From: a virus
DNA length: 64,000 bases
Virus record (IMG/VR): IMGVR_UViG_3300049734_000491
Span: 32,001-96,000 of that record
Reading direction: 5' to 3' (one strand)
Below, piece after piece: positions 9,501 to 19,169 of this stretch. A model generated the notes under the pieces. It was not told the origin of the DNA. It did not search any database and saw only the letters and a list, made by a program, of their open reading frames with translations. Within the stretch, counting starts at the first letter, position 1, and the number at the start of each line of letters is the position of its first letter. A program made the translations under genes and the position numbers.

Positions 9501-12500
9501 CTTTCCCCAGGAGACCTGGGTCAAGCCCGATCCCGAGCTCAACCAGCCCGATGTCTCGACCGACATCCGGGGCTCGAAGCCGGTGCCGACGGGCAACCTG
9601 GCTGGGCCAGCCCTGCCGGACGACTGGGACTACCTGGCCGAGCTCGAGGCCGGCACCTACGTCGACACCTCGATGCCGACCGTGCTCGATCCCACCGACC
9701 TGGGTGAGACACATCCGCTGCTGCCGGCTTCGGTCCCGATCATCACCTCGATCGACCTCCGCTCTGCCACAGATGATTTGGTGGGCCAGTGGGTCATGCA
9801 CGACGTGCAGGACTACCGCTTCACCCGCCAGCCGGCACTGGTGGACGAGATCCTGCGGAACGACGACGGCATCGTGGGCATCGCCGTCACACATCCGAAC
9901 GGGGCCAAGGGCGTGCTCGAGGGCCCGGGACTCAGCCGGCTCCACATCGTCGAGCCACCCAAGGAGGGTCGCAACATCCCAGCTCTCGATGCCGAGATCG
10001 TGCTCGGGCACAACGGGGACATCCGACTCGGCATGGAGGTGCTGGGCTCGTGGTGGCACGCTGACCGCAACATCAGCCACCGCCACACGTACGGCTACAT
10101 GGTCACTGCCCCGTACACAGCTCACGGGAAGGCCACCATCGGCTTCCGGTCCAAGGCCCGGGACGTCCGCAAGCAGGTGCGGTCCGAGGTGTGGTTCGCC
10201 GACAACTACCAGGACATCCGCTCGGTCGAGCAGCCCAAGACCCCCGGGGCCAAGACGCTCGAGAGCCAGGTGAAGTCGGCTGTGCCATCAGCCAACCTGG
10301 GGAGCGGCCAGCCCTGGACCACAGGCCAGGCCGTCAACAAGTCCAAGTCCTGGGGGATGAGGGAGGACGACAGCCAGGGGATCATCGTGGCCGGGGTGCA
10401 CCCAGACCGTCCCGACCTCGTGTACTACCGGGACCACTTGACTGGCCAGGTCACGCTCGAGAACGCCAGCGACCTGGTGGCACATGGCGAGCCGGCTTCG
10501 GAGTTCACCGGCCAGATGTTCCGGGCCGACGGCGAGCTCTGGGTCGTGAGCTCGGTCGAGGGCAACGAGGTCACCGCCTACTCGGTGGCCGACGGGCTTC
10601 TCCAGGTGTACGGCATCGACGAGATCAGCGATGTGGTCGAGACAAGTCCGTGGGTGCCGATCTCACAGTTCGAGGGCCAGTTCCTCGAGGGTTCGCTGTC
10701 CAGCCAGGAGTCGAAGGACGAGTGGCAGGCCGTCGGAGGGATGCTCCTGGCGGACGGCGAGATTCCTCTCCCGGGATCCCAGGTCATCGACGGCAACTCG
10801 AGGCCGTGGCGGGTGCTCGAGGTGCGGGTCGACAGCCTGGTCCTGGCTGACGGGGGCGAGCTGATCGAGAGGCCGGCCAACGAGTACCGGGTCGATCGAG
10901 CTCACTACGGCGGAGCTGTCGGCACCATCGGCCACATCGAGTTGATGACCGACGACGGCGTACCCATCGAGTACGAGCCGATGAAGGGCGACGTCGTCTA
11001 CGTCACGCCGGACCAGTACCACGTGCTCACCGCCACTGGGGAGCTCAGGACCTTCGACATGGAGGATGGCTGGGAGCACCCGACGACCAACACCACCGAG
11101 CACGGTGCGGTCATCCAGGATCGGCTGACCTATCCCGGGGTTCACCGGGTCGGGGTGATCCTGGGTGGGGACACGTCGGTGGCGCTGTTCAAGGACCCAG
11201 ATGGTTGGCCGGTTTCCAGCCACCTCGTGGGCTCGATCGCCGACGCCAAGGCCGGCTACCTGACCAGGGACGGGTCCTCGAAGGTGCAGTCCTACCGAGA
11301 GTCCGGGCTCGAGACCGTGGTCGAGCCGAGCACCGGGACCGGCGACACCGGGGTGGACATCGAGCTACCCGAGGGCGCAACCCCGACCCCGGACTACCAG
11401 CCGGCTCTCGTGGTGACCGAGGAGGACATCGACTGGTTCCCACCGCCGGGCGGTGAGCGCACCGGGCCCGGGGAAGCTCGAGCGCCGGTGCCGGGCATCA
11501 CGGGCAACGGATTGCCGGCTGGGGTTCTCGAGGACACGACCTTCCCCCAGGCCGACAACTCGATGAGCCTGGCCGAGGCGATCCAGATGGTCTGGGCCAA
11601 TGCCGGCTACTCGAAGGAGGGCAAGACCGTCCGCTTCGTGCAGTTCGACCAGGGCGCGATCGAGGACTTCTTCGTCCAGGTCATGCCGGTGCGGGACCAG
11701 AAGACCGGCGAGGAGTACGTCGAGTTGTTCTTCCGTCCGCTCGAGCCGCACGCCGACAAGCTCTTCGAGTCGCTCATCGCTGCTCCTCCCGACGAGTCGG
11801 TGGGCCAGTGGGTCGTCCCGGGATGGCCGAGGGACACCGAGGACGTGCACCCGAGTGACCTGGCCATCGGCGACGTGATCGCTGTGCGTCGAGGCCCGAA
11901 CGGCCAACTCAGTTCGTGGGGTGGGAACGGCACCTTCGGTACGGCCCGGGTCATCTCCGGCACAAGGGTGGTCGGCCAGGACAGCGAGGGCTACGACATC
12001 GTCGAGTTCGATGTGATGCTGCCGAACGGCAAGCCGGCCACGATCATCCAGCAGAGCAACTGGGACTACGTCCAGCGAGCGGAATGGATGGTCACCGACG
12101 AGGCGGGTGAACAACGCCGGCTGGGGGAGCGGCGACCGCACCAGCTGTCCGAGGAGGCGTTCGCAGCTGACTGGCGCCTGGTCGCCCAGCATGTGTCCAG
12201 CCAGGTCCGCCACCAGAGCCAGGCCTTCGAGGGCGACGGCGTGAAGGTGATCGACACCGACGCCGCCTTCAACGGAGCCCAGTTGGGGACACCACCCAAC
12301 TCCGGTGTCACGCTCGCCCGCAAGCTCGGGGACAACACCAAGCTCTGGCTCTCGCTGCACACACCCAAGTCGAAGCGTCGTGAGGAGGAGAACAACTTCG
12401 GGCGTTCGATCTACATCCAGGTTCCACGCCGTGAGTTCGAGGGCGGGACCACCGAGGACATCGCCCGCTCGGTCTCGGCTGCGATGGAGGCCGTGGGCAT

Positions 12501-13617
12501 CACACCGCAACAGCAGGCCCTGCCCACCGACGCTGCACTCAGCGAGTGGGCGTTGAACACCATCGGCCAGCACTTCGGGGCCAACCCGGACTTCGTGCCC
12601 CAGACCGGCACGTCGGATGTGGGTCCGCTGATGCCCGGGCGCAAGTGGAACCAGGAGCAGGTCGAGGAGCTCCTCCGCACCGAGGTCAGTCCCAAGGTCG
12701 GCCGGGATGTGACGCTCGAGGACTTCGAGTTCGTGGTGGCGCCGGACGGCCGGCTGATGGTGGCTGCGACCCAGAAGCTGGCCGAGGATCTCTCGGCCCA
12801 GTCGGGCACGGTCAGCCTCCGCCATGAATCAGACATGGCCTGGGCCCACACTCCCGAGGAGCGGGTCCTGATGATGGCCGACCGCATCGCCGGCGTGCTC
12901 GGCGGGGAGAAGTCGGCTGACAACCAGGGACCAGCCGGTCGAGCTGCCACCGGCGTCTGGGCGTTCGGGCAGAGCTCGGACACCGACATGTGGAACGGAG
13001 CCGGCAACCGCTTCTACTTCTGGACACATCGGGATGATCCACCGCCGAGCGCACCCGAGTCCGGGTTCCACATCCTCATCGACGACGAGATCTTCCAGCG
13101 GTTCCTGGGCAACGGGATGTCCACTGACGACAACTACGGTCGTCGGACCCAGAAGGAAGGTGTAGCATATCCTATCCTTGCTTGGACGTCAACACAGGGC
13201 AGCCCCGACCACAACGAGGCCACCGTCAAGTACGGCTTGGACTCCACGCTGATAGAGGCCATCAAGGTCCCGGACGATCTGTACGAGGGCGTGCTCCGTG
13301 AGGTCCGCCGGCACGGGATCACCGAGGTCGGAGGGCGTCCCATCGAGGAGATCCTGGTGCCGTCCAGCCAACTCATCTCGATGAAGGACCGACGCAAGAC
13401 TCGCCAGGTCAGACCGAACGGCGGCTTCTTCCCGGGTGCGGGCAACGTGTGGACGACCGTCCAGAACTCGAAGGCAGTGCCGGCCCAGAAGAACTCGGCT
13501 GGCGGCCCGGTCCCGGGACCCAGTGAGCTCGGCGAGATGGTCGAGCCTTCGGCTGAAGACTTGGCTGGTCTCGAGGCGGAGCTCGTCGCCGAGGTCGAAG
13601 CGGGAGTCCCGGGATGA
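6559..13617 (+). CDS. Giant polyvalent protein (~2352 aa): HPRxxxGRF N-terminal motif, HipA/PI3K-like kinase domain, possible C-terminal ADP-ribosyltransferase-like domain
   Basis: ATG at 6559 overlaps the upstream TGA. Motifs EHPRGPDGRFIEK; GGQGGSNPGG...YVK...NEVMASRLY...DAWLANWD...NIV...RIDSG; C-terminal H..GQSSDTD..DNYG..NE. Confidence 0.75.
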   Translation: MSTDAELVSYDLETPEGAEAILAAISEIGRQLERKESRDLATRRLENLAAAIGAPGAVVAGARAFVEWEHPRGPDGRFIEKFGWVRWFDFRTQRWLRGRVMDVGDDGQVTVHRRLNDDEVGVYRFNYDQASKQLYSSPKPKATLDFPDVMGEDNAGWKQVGGQGGSNPGGRFVLDVNDGVQNHRWTEEEFDFLFGGRPSVEIIGLVADQKQFDDDDFSDRLKAKIEETYPEAKDEGGAGVWEAIPGGRRSAGGVIIWDDPEDGLQVAVVNRDHEHHQEPTPERKRADFALQNWVLRRVKAKLLPQNPERKLHPTWRRVLYGLGPDSGMGMGVGGPSGLPSVPDLSLGKETAEGIAQSASQGLETASEIRNAATGALVRLEEIVTTDPKARFFPFEIDADVLGTKDRLRALINHFVQPQVRPGDTFYVKDMSGDYTGPDRVANEVMASRLYELAGVAVPDVYQGNDPSKVGSRIIGGELTDIGEHLDNPEVMAKVRMGFVVDAWLANWDVAGLEFDNIVVDEDGIPYRIDSGGALAYRAMGSPKGDMFGPEVGELVTLGPDSPLRGQATAPEMFDGLTHEEKLEGARRVAAISPQQIRDLALETGIDQHVTETLIARRAFIIDEFLEGVDPFAGQPEEVVPEIVEEPAELPETQVKSDLDLLREQVGDVETFDNPAVEPQPAPEALQPDEFPAALTKEEAWSWSGASQQWISNPNEEGGVTEAELEDRWLNQVEELGRYIDGLVASDGVVSVNMPASDLVGSGVLENPKGIVLMTDSLAVPGGRTDMFVPWGTDADGNAVLVSRISGQQVTPALDWVDSRARARTVDLTVIEEGEFEDELDWIDDLATKAADSQVALEAVRTGYDKLAEAEHLGWKPSDDLGDDPVDLLILDGRTPVTSTRGPNGGIQLHDAATGDSMFVIGFGDLALGGDFTRATVTDPDGLEHDLVLPDMTGQQIVRAKLGMAELEQKSGLVQAAQVTAGFPQETWVKPDPELNQPDVSTDIRGSKPVPTGNLAGPALPDDWDYLAELEAGTYVDTSMPTVLDPTDLGETHPLLPASVPIITSIDLRSATDDLVGQWVMHDVQDYRFTRQPALVDEILRNDDGIVGIAVTHPNGAKGVLEGPGLSRLHIVEPPKEGRNIPALDAEIVLGHNGDIRLGMEVLGSWWHADRNISHRHTYGYMVTAPYTAHGKATIGFRSKARDVRKQVRSEVWFADNYQDIRSVEQPKTPGAKTLESQVKSAVPSANLGSGQPWTTGQAVNKSKSWGMREDDSQGIIVAGVHPDRPDLVYYRDHLTGQVTLENASDLVAHGEPASEFTGQMFRADGELWVVSSVEGNEVTAYSVADGLLQVYGIDEISDVVETSPWVPISQFEGQFLEGSLSSQESKDEWQAVGGMLLADGEIPLPGSQVIDGNSRPWRVLEVRVDSLVLADGGELIERPANEYRVDRAHYGGAVGTIGHIELMTDDGVPIEYEPMKGDVVYVTPDQYHVLTATGELRTFDMEDGWEHPTTNTTEHGAVIQDRLTYPGVHRVGVILGGDTSVALFKDPDGWPVSSHLVGSIADAKAGYLTRDGSSKVQSYRESGLETVVEPSTGTGDTGVDIELPEGATPTPDYQPALVVTEEDIDWFPPPGGERTGPGEARAPVPGITGNGLPAGVLEDTTFPQADNSMSLAEAIQMVWANAGYSKEGKTVRFVQFDQGAIEDFFVQVMPVRDQKTGEEYVELFFRPLEPHADKLFESLIAAPPDESVGQWVVPGWPRDTEDVHPSDLAIGDVIAVRRGPNGQLSSWGGNGTFGTARVISGTRVVGQDSEGYDIVEFDVMLPNGKPATIIQQSNWDYVQRAEWMVTDEAGEQRRLGERRPHQLSEEAFAADWRLVAQHVSSQVRHQSQAFEGDGVKVIDTDAAFNGAQLGTPPNSGVTLARKLGDNTKLWLSLHTPKSKRREEENNFGRSIYIQVPRREFEGGTTEDIARSVSAAMEAVGITPQQQALPTDAALSEWALNTIGQHFGANPDFVPQTGTSDVGPLMPGRKWNQEQVEELLRTEVSPKVGRDVTLEDFEFVVAPDGRLMVAATQKLAEDLSAQSGTVSLRHESDMAWAHTPEERVLMMADRIAGVLGGEKSADNQGPAGRAATGVWAFGQSSDTDMWNGAGNRFYFWTHRDDPPPSAPESGFHILIDDEIFQRFLGNGMSTDDNYGRRTQKEGVAYPILAWTSTQGSPDHNEATVKYGLDSTLIEAIKVPDDLYEGVLREVRRHGITEVGGRPIEEILVPSSQLISMKDRRKTRQVRPNGGFFPGAGNVWTTVQNSKAVPAQKNSAGGPVPGPSELGEMVEPSAEDLAGLEAELVAEVEAGVPG

Positions 13618-14441
13618 GCCACTTCCTGTTCCAGCCGGCTTGCGTGGTGGTGGGCTCGGTCCCCCAGCACATCTCCTGGTCGGTCGAGGCCCCGGACCTC
13701 GAGCCGAACCTGGCCGCCTCGAGCAAACTCCTGCGGCTGTTCGACGGCAACGGCGAGGGCATCACCGAGTACGTGTGGAAGACCAACCCGGTCCGCCGAG
13801 GACAGCAGTGGGTGTTCCTCACCGAGGACGGCACGACGATCCAAGTTCGGCAGGCTCTGCCGGGGGATGCTGTCTCCACCGGGTTCGCCCCGTACCCGCT
13901 GCCCCACAAGCTCCTTCGGGAGAAGTCGAGGAACCCAGCGATGACCCAGCAAGAAGAACTGATGGCGGCGGTGAACCCGGACGACCACTACGTGCTCACC
14001 CTCGTGGTGGTGAGTCCGGCTGGTGTGTTCGCTCGCTACAGCCAGAACTGGTTCGAGATCGACTCGGCCAACTCGCTGGGCAACTGCTACCTGGTTGGGG
14101 TGGAGCCCACGGCCATCGAGACCTACGACGCCTACGACTCGAGGGGAGCCCAGGTGGCGATCGAGTCGCTGCCCACCATTCGTGGCTGGACACCCCAGGC
14201 CCAGGTCGCCACCGTCCAGGTCGCAGAGGAGGTGGTCGAGCCAGTGGGTTCGGCTCCCGGGAATCCGGTCGGCCCAGCCACCTTGACCGCAGCCGGCGTC
14301 CTCGAGATGCCGACCTCGCTCGAGCAACTCGATGTGATCGGCCGGTCCCTGGCGTACGCGACCGAGAACCCAGAAGTTCGCTGGGCGGTGCAGCGCCGGC
14401 TCGAGCAGCTCGGCTGGACGGAGGAGCTCCCGTGGAACTGA
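13614..14441 (+). CDS. Hypothetical protein (275 aa), head region
   Basis: ATGA and TGATG overlaps with the flanking genes. Confidence 0.75.
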   Translation: MSHFLFQPACVVVGSVPQHISWSVEAPDLEPNLAASSKLLRLFDGNGEGITEYVWKTNPVRRGQQWVFLTEDGTTIQVRQALPGDAVSTGFAPYPLPHKLLREKSRNPAMTQQEELMAAVNPDDHYVLTLVVVSPAGVFARYSQNWFEIDSANSLGNCYLVGVEPTAIETYDAYDSRGAQVAIESLPTIRGWTPQAQVATVQVAEEVVEPVGSAPGNPVGPATLTAAGVLEMPTSLEQLDVIGRSLAYATENPEVRWAVQRRLEQLGWTEELPWN

Positions 14442-15676
14442 TGCTGACCCAGAAGCCACCGAGGTCGTACCCGGCTCCGAGGTTGGCTGGGGGCCAGAGC
14501 TACACCCTCGAGGAGCTCGAGTGGATCTCGATCGCCAGGCGCGAAGACGACCTGCTTCGTGACTGGGCCCGCAAGGTCGTGGCCCGGGAGGACAAGCTCT
14601 CCCTCGATGAACTCCTGGCTGACCGTGGCCTCGAGCCGCCGGAGCGCCAGGACGAACTGCCGGCTGCCCTGGTCGTCCGGGGCTCGGGTGGTGCAACGAC
14701 GGTGCGGGGCCTGGTCCGGCGAGATCGAGCTTTCCTCCCCGGAGTTGGCTGGAGACCCAGGGCTGAACTCGAGGAGCAACTCCCGGCCAAGGCCGGCTCG
14801 TGGGTGGGACGAGCTGATTGGGAGGAGATCCCCTGCTCGACCCAGGAGTTGGCCGGTCTCTATCGAGCTTTCAGGGATGGGGTGGAGGAGGTGGGTCTCC
14901 GGGAGTACATCCCTCGAGGCTGGCTGGACGGGGCTGCGGTCGTGTCGGATCGGGTCCTCGAGCCGCTCGAGGTGCTCGGCCTGGCCGCCGCGGCAGCCGG
15001 CTCGGCCAAGCTCCCGGAAGGAGCAGTCGTCACTGCCGTCGTCGATGAGCTCGACAAGACCGCTGTCCTCGAGTTGTTGGCTGTGGCGCCCGGGCCGATC
15101 ATCTTCCGCCGGCACGATGGCCAGTGGCTCCAGGACGACAAGTGGATGGCGGTGCTCCAATCGGTGAAGCCACCACCGCTGGTCAAGATCAGTGACCCAG
15201 AGCAGATCGCCACCGTGGCCAGCGCAGTGGATGCCTCGACGGCTGGCCAGCCCTTCGATCCCAACGAGGAGCAGGCAGGCCAGCGCAAGCGCCCGGGTCG
15301 CAAGCCGGGTGAGGTGCGGGCGTCAGGTTGGCTGGCGACCAGGAACTTCCGCTTCGCCATGCTCGAGGCCGTCCACCTCGAGGACCTGGTTCCCAACCAG
15401 GTTGTCCTGGCTGCGCCGACACCGAAGGGTGCGGCTGGTGCAGAACGCCTGCGGCAGTACTGGTTGAACGGCGAGGGGGCGGCCAAGATCATGTGGGGGA
15501 CTCCGCGGGACTGGACTCGCTGCGTCGGGTTCCTCTCGAAGTACCTCGGAGTACGAGCCAAAGCCTACTGCAACCTGCTCCACGCCAGACGACTTGGGTA
15601 CTGGCCCAACTCGAAGATCCAAGCACCGCAACCCGGCGTCAAGGAACGTGCGATGGCCGCACAGTTCAAGGAGTGA
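14441..15676 (+). CDS. Hypothetical head-region protein (~411 aa) with actinophage-type C-terminal motif
   Basis: ATG at 14441 overlaps the previous TGA. Motif RLRQYW..GEGAAKI.WGTP.DWTRCV..L.KY..RAK.YC..LH....G.WP is recalled from actinophage head genes. Confidence 0.7.
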   Translation: MLTQKPPRSYPAPRLAGGQSYTLEELEWISIARREDDLLRDWARKVVAREDKLSLDELLADRGLEPPERQDELPAALVVRGSGGATTVRGLVRRDRAFLPGVGWRPRAELEEQLPAKAGSWVGRADWEEIPCSTQELAGLYRAFRDGVEEVGLREYIPRGWLDGAAVVSDRVLEPLEVLGLAAAAAGSAKLPEGAVVTAVVDELDKTAVLELLAVAPGPIIFRRHDGQWLQDDKWMAVLQSVKPPPLVKISDPEQIATVASAVDASTAGQPFDPNEEQAGQRKRPGRKPGEVRASGWLATRNFRFAMLEAVHLEDLVPNQVVLAAPTPKGAAGAERLRQYWLNGEGAAKIMWGTPRDWTRCVGFLSKYLGVRAKAYCNLLHARRLGYWPNSKIQAPQPGVKERAMAAQFKE

Positions 15677-15705
15677 TTGTGGGCGGATCAACTACTCTAT
15701 TACAC

Positions 15706-16212
15706 ATGGATCAACCTGCTGGTGTGGGTGTGCGCGTCCCGTGGGACAAGATCGACGTGGTCGATCGAGGGTTTGGTGAGTGCTGGGTGTACCGAGGTGG
15801 CTACAACGGTCACTGGCTCCGGTTCTCCCGTGCGTTCTGGCGTGAGCATTTCGGTGAGAACCCCCAGCGATCTGAAGGCCGAGGGTTCAACCACGTGTGT
15901 GAGATCCACGGTGAGAAGAACCTCTGCTTGAACCCCGAGCACGTATTCGTGGGTGACTGGTCCACCAATGCCAAGACGTTTCATGAACGTCGGAAGCAGG
16001 CGGGGAAGACGCACTACAACTCTGAGGAGTCACGCCAGCGAGTCGTAGATGCAAACAGCGCACCCAAGTCGTTCGAGCACAAGCAGGCGCTCTCAGTGTC
16101 AGCGAAGAATCGCTGGGCTGATCCGAAGGAGCACATTCGACAGAAGTGTTCCAAGTGCGGACGGATGATCCATCCGCTGTGGGTGAAGCGCCATGCTCGG
16201 GAGCACGAATGA
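15706..16212 (+). CDS. HNH-type homing endonuclease with NUMOD3-like segment and C-terminal CxxC..H..H
   Basis: ECW...NHVC...LCLNPEHV..G..STN; lower GC than flanks; TACTCT 7 nt before ATG. Confidence 0.7.
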   Translation: MDQPAGVGVRVPWDKIDVVDRGFGECWVYRGGYNGHWLRFSRAFWREHFGENPQRSEGRGFNHVCEIHGEKNLCLNPEHVFVGDWSTNAKTFHERRKQAGKTHYNSEESRQRVVDANSAPKSFEHKQALSVSAKNRWADPKEHIRQKCSKCGRMIHPLWVKRHAREHE

Positions 16213-17123
16213 GATCGCTGGCCGAGCTCCAGTTCGCCCTCGATGTGATCGAGGCCGACCGTCTCGAGGACGGTGCGATCCTGGCTGCGCCGGCTGGCTA
16301 CGTCCCGGGTGCCAACCCCAACAACCTCAGCGAGGCCGAGCTCGAGCAGCGTCGAGCTGCTGCCCTCAAGTCGGCCGAGGCCAGGCGCAAGACCGGCGTG
16401 GCCGAGGCCCTGCGGATACGGAACCAGGCCGTGGCCAACGCTGCGGTCCACAAGGCCCAGGTCGACTTCTTCCTCCAGGTCGCAGCCGAGAACCGGAAGT
16501 CCCAGCTCCGGGCTGAGCTCGGCGATCCCAGCCTGACCAAGGCCGAGCGCCAGGCGCTCGAGGACGAGCTCGCCGAGGCCTATGCCACAGAGCAGCTGTA
16601 CAACGCCGAGCGTGCCAAGGAGCAGATGAAGCGCCAGCAGGAGATGCGCTACTGGCAGAAGGAGCAGGCACAGGCTGGCAAGCGCTACGACTCCGCGGCG
16701 TGGGCCAACGCCCAGAAGCACATCGAGGAACTCAAGAAGGTCATGGACGACGAGGAGCTCGCCGGCGCCATGATCAAGGAGTACCAGGGCGCTCGCAAGA
16801 AGTACCTGGCTGACGAGGAACGACAGCGCAAGCAGGTCGAGGCGGCCGAGCGGGAACGGGAGCGCCAGGTCAAGAAGTTCTTCGCCGAGCTCGAGCGCCA
16901 GGAGAAGAAGCGCCAGCGTGAGGCCGAGTCAGCCAGGAAGAAGGCTGAGCGTGAGGCGGAGAAGGCCCGCAAGAAGGCTGAGCGTGAGGGCGGCGGCGAC
17001 TCCGAGTATGCCAAGGCACTTGCGGCAGAGACCCAGCGGATCAAGGACAACTACTACGGCAAGGGTCGAACCCCGCTCTGGCAGCACGAGGAGTGGAAGA
17101 ACCGGAAGAAGGCCAAGAAGTGA
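16209..17123 (+). CDS. Charged coiled-coil protein (~304 aa)
   Basis: ATGA overlap; E/K/R/A-rich helical composition. Confidence 0.7.
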   Translation: MRSLAELQFALDVIEADRLEDGAILAAPAGYVPGANPNNLSEAELEQRRAAALKSAEARRKTGVAEALRIRNQAVANAAVHKAQVDFFLQVAAENRKSQLRAELGDPSLTKAERQALEDELAEAYATEQLYNAERAKEQMKRQQEMRYWQKEQAQAGKRYDSAAWANAQKHIEELKKVMDDEELAGAMIKEYQGARKKYLADEERQRKQVEAAERERERQVKKFFAELERQEKKRQREAESARKKAEREAEKARKKAEREGGGDSEYAKALAAETQRIKDNYYGKGRTPLWQHEEWKNRKKAKK

Positions 17124-17146
17124 ACAGGAGAACCAAAGGAGTCCTG

Positions 17147-18715
17147 ATGGCAAAGACAATCGAACGACGTGTCGAGGAGGTGGTCCCGGACGGCGAGTAC
17201 GCAGCCGAGTCACCGCTCCCCTCCGGCATCCCCTTCCTGGGCATGGTTCGGGAGACCGGAGCCATCACGGCCGGCGTGTTTCCCGTGCGTCCGCCCAAGC
17301 AATGGTTCGTCAACCCCAGGCTCGGAAAGCTGTCTGGGCTCGAGATCGGGGGCGACGGCCGGGTGTTCGGCCACATCGCGTCCTGGGCCCAGAGCCACAT
17401 CGGCATGGCCGGCTCGGTGAAGGCGCCCAAGAACAGATCGGGGTACGCCTACTACCGCACCGGACTGTGTGAGACGTCCGAGGGCGAGATGGTCGAGGTC
17501 GGCCAGATCACCCTGACGGGGGGCCATGCACCGTTGACCGCTGACGTCACCAATGCGGTGAAGCACTATGACGACACTGCGTCTGCCGTCATGGATGTCA
17601 ACATCGGCGAGGATGCCCATGGCATCTGGGTCGCCGGGGCTCTGCGCCCCGAGGTCACCGACGAGCAGCTCCGTACGTTGAGAGCCTCGTCGGTCTCTGG
17701 GGACTGGCGACCCATCAACGGGGCCCTCGAGTTGGTGGCGGTGTGCGCCGTCAACGTCCCGGGATTCCCCATCCCCCGGGCCCTGGTCGCGGGCGGCGAG
17801 CCCCTGGCCCTGGTCGCAGCCGGCACGGCGGAGCTGGTCGAGGCCGTGCTGTTCCACGACGCCGAGTCGGCCGAGGCCCAGGTGGCCAGGCTCGAGGGGC
17901 TCAGCCAGGAAGAGCTCGTCGCCCTGGCCGAGTTGGACCTGCAGTTCGGAACGGCGGTCCGGGAGGACGAGCTCACCGTCGATGCCCGGCTCGAGCGCCT
18001 CGAGCGCCAACTCCTGGGTGAGGCAGCGGAACGGAGGCGCCAACTCGATCAGGCGGTCCTGGCTGCAGCCAACCGGATCGTGGCAGCCGGCGAATTCACC
18101 GGGGCCCAGACACGCCGGCGCACCAAAGCTCGGGCCGAGGAACGGGCTGCCCTGGTGGCGGCGCTTCGGGATCGGGTCGGGGTGCAGTCACCCGAGGAGG
18201 AACGGAAGGCTGAGCTCCGTGCCCGAGTCGGCATCACTGCTGATGCTGCTCCGGTGGGTGAGGAGGAACGGGCTGCTGAACTCCGACGCCGTGTGCTCGG
18301 TGACCTGACCGCCGAACTGGTGGAGTCGGCTGCGGGAACGGAGCCAGATGATCAGGTGGACAAGCTGGAGGAGTTGCGCTCCCGCGTGCTCGGTGACACC
18401 ACGCTGTGGGAGGACGGCCTCGAGATCGACCTGTCGGTAACGGAGGGTGTCGCTGCTGCTGCTCGTGCCCGTGTGCAGGGTGGGCTGGTGGCAACGGCCA
18501 CCAAGTCGTGGAACCGTGAGAAGCGTGACAAGGCCGCTCAGAAGGGGCAGGCCATGTCGGACGGGTCCTACCCGATCAAGGACAAGGCCGACCTGAAGAA
18601 GGCCATCAAGGCCATCGGACGGGGCAAGAAGTCCCACGCCTCCATCAAGGCCCACATCAAGAAGCGTGCCAAGGCTCTCGGTGCGACCAACCTGCTGCCC
18701 GATGATTGGAAGTAG
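17147..18715 (+). CDS. Capsid maturation protease-like protein with helical C-terminal extension
   Basis: AAGGAG RBS; GRVFGHIASW..HIG, GGHA, HYDD, GED.HGIWVAG, SGDWR, VNVPGFP; C-terminal AMSDGSYPI...HIKKRAKALG motif. Confidence 0.8.
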   Translation: MAKTIERRVEEVVPDGEYAAESPLPSGIPFLGMVRETGAITAGVFPVRPPKQWFVNPRLGKLSGLEIGGDGRVFGHIASWAQSHIGMAGSVKAPKNRSGYAYYRTGLCETSEGEMVEVGQITLTGGHAPLTADVTNAVKHYDDTASAVMDVNIGEDAHGIWVAGALRPEVTDEQLRTLRASSVSGDWRPINGALELVAVCAVNVPGFPIPRALVAGGEPLALVAAGTAELVEAVLFHDAESAEAQVARLEGLSQEELVALAELDLQFGTAVREDELTVDARLERLERQLLGEAAERRRQLDQAVLAAANRIVAAGEFTGAQTRRRTKARAEERAALVAALRDRVGVQSPEEERKAELRARVGITADAAPVGEEERAAELRRRVLGDLTAELVESAAGTEPDDQVDKLEELRSRVLGDTTLWEDGLEIDLSVTEGVAAAARARVQGGLVATATKSWNREKRDKAAQKGQAMSDGSYPIKDKADLKKAIKAIGRGKKSHASIKAHIKKRAKALGATNLLPDDWK

Positions 18716-18744
18716 GGTCGCAGGCTTCACTGCCACGTGAACGG

Positions 18745-18785
18745 AGAAGGCCCCCGCTCCTCTCGGGAACGGGGGCCTCTCTGTT
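18745..18785. terminator. GC-rich hairpin, probable bidirectional intrinsic terminator
   Basis: AGGCCCCCG...CGGGGGCCT between convergent genes. Confidence 0.65.
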
Positions 18786-18800
18786 GGGGGCAGGGGTGGA

Positions 18801-19142
18801 TCAGTAGGCCGTGCCTCCCGCTGCGATGTACCGCTCGTAGGAACGGAGGCACTCGGTGCTGTTCCACACCTTGCTGTCCTCCTCGGTGGTGTAGCCGAGA
18901 ACGGAGCCAGTGGCGTCGGTCCACACGCTCACCTCGTCGGTGACAGGCGTGAACTCATCCAACGGGCCGATGACCACCTCCACACACGCCGTGCTGGGCA
19001 GGGCTTCGGTGGGAACGGAGGTGCTGTCGGTGGACAGCGTTGAGGTGATGACCCACGTGAGGAGGGCCGTCGCCGCCACCACGCCGATGAGGGCGAGGGA
19101 ACGGAGGGTGGAACGGTGGTTGGGGTTGCTGTGCTGTGTCAT
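18801..19142 (-). CDS. Small membrane-anchored or secreted protein (113 aa)
   Basis: MTQHSNPNHRSTLRSLALIGVVAATALLTWVIT: basic N-region plus hydrophobic helix; lone - strand gene in the head region. Confidence 0.6.
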   Translation of the reverse strand: MTQHSNPNHRSTLRSLALIGVVAATALLTWVITSTLSTDSTSVPTEALPSTACVEVVIGPLDEFTPVTDEVSVWTDATGSVLGYTTEEDSKVWNSTECLRSYERYIAAGGTAY

Positions 19143-19169
19143 GTGGATCACTGTAGTGGTTGGACTGTA

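Noticed and set aside
1-18700. Very frequent CTCGAG/TCGA sites
   Set aside because: Largely explained by Leu-Glu and Ile/Val-Glu/Asp codon pairs in acidic high-GC proteins; not quantified.
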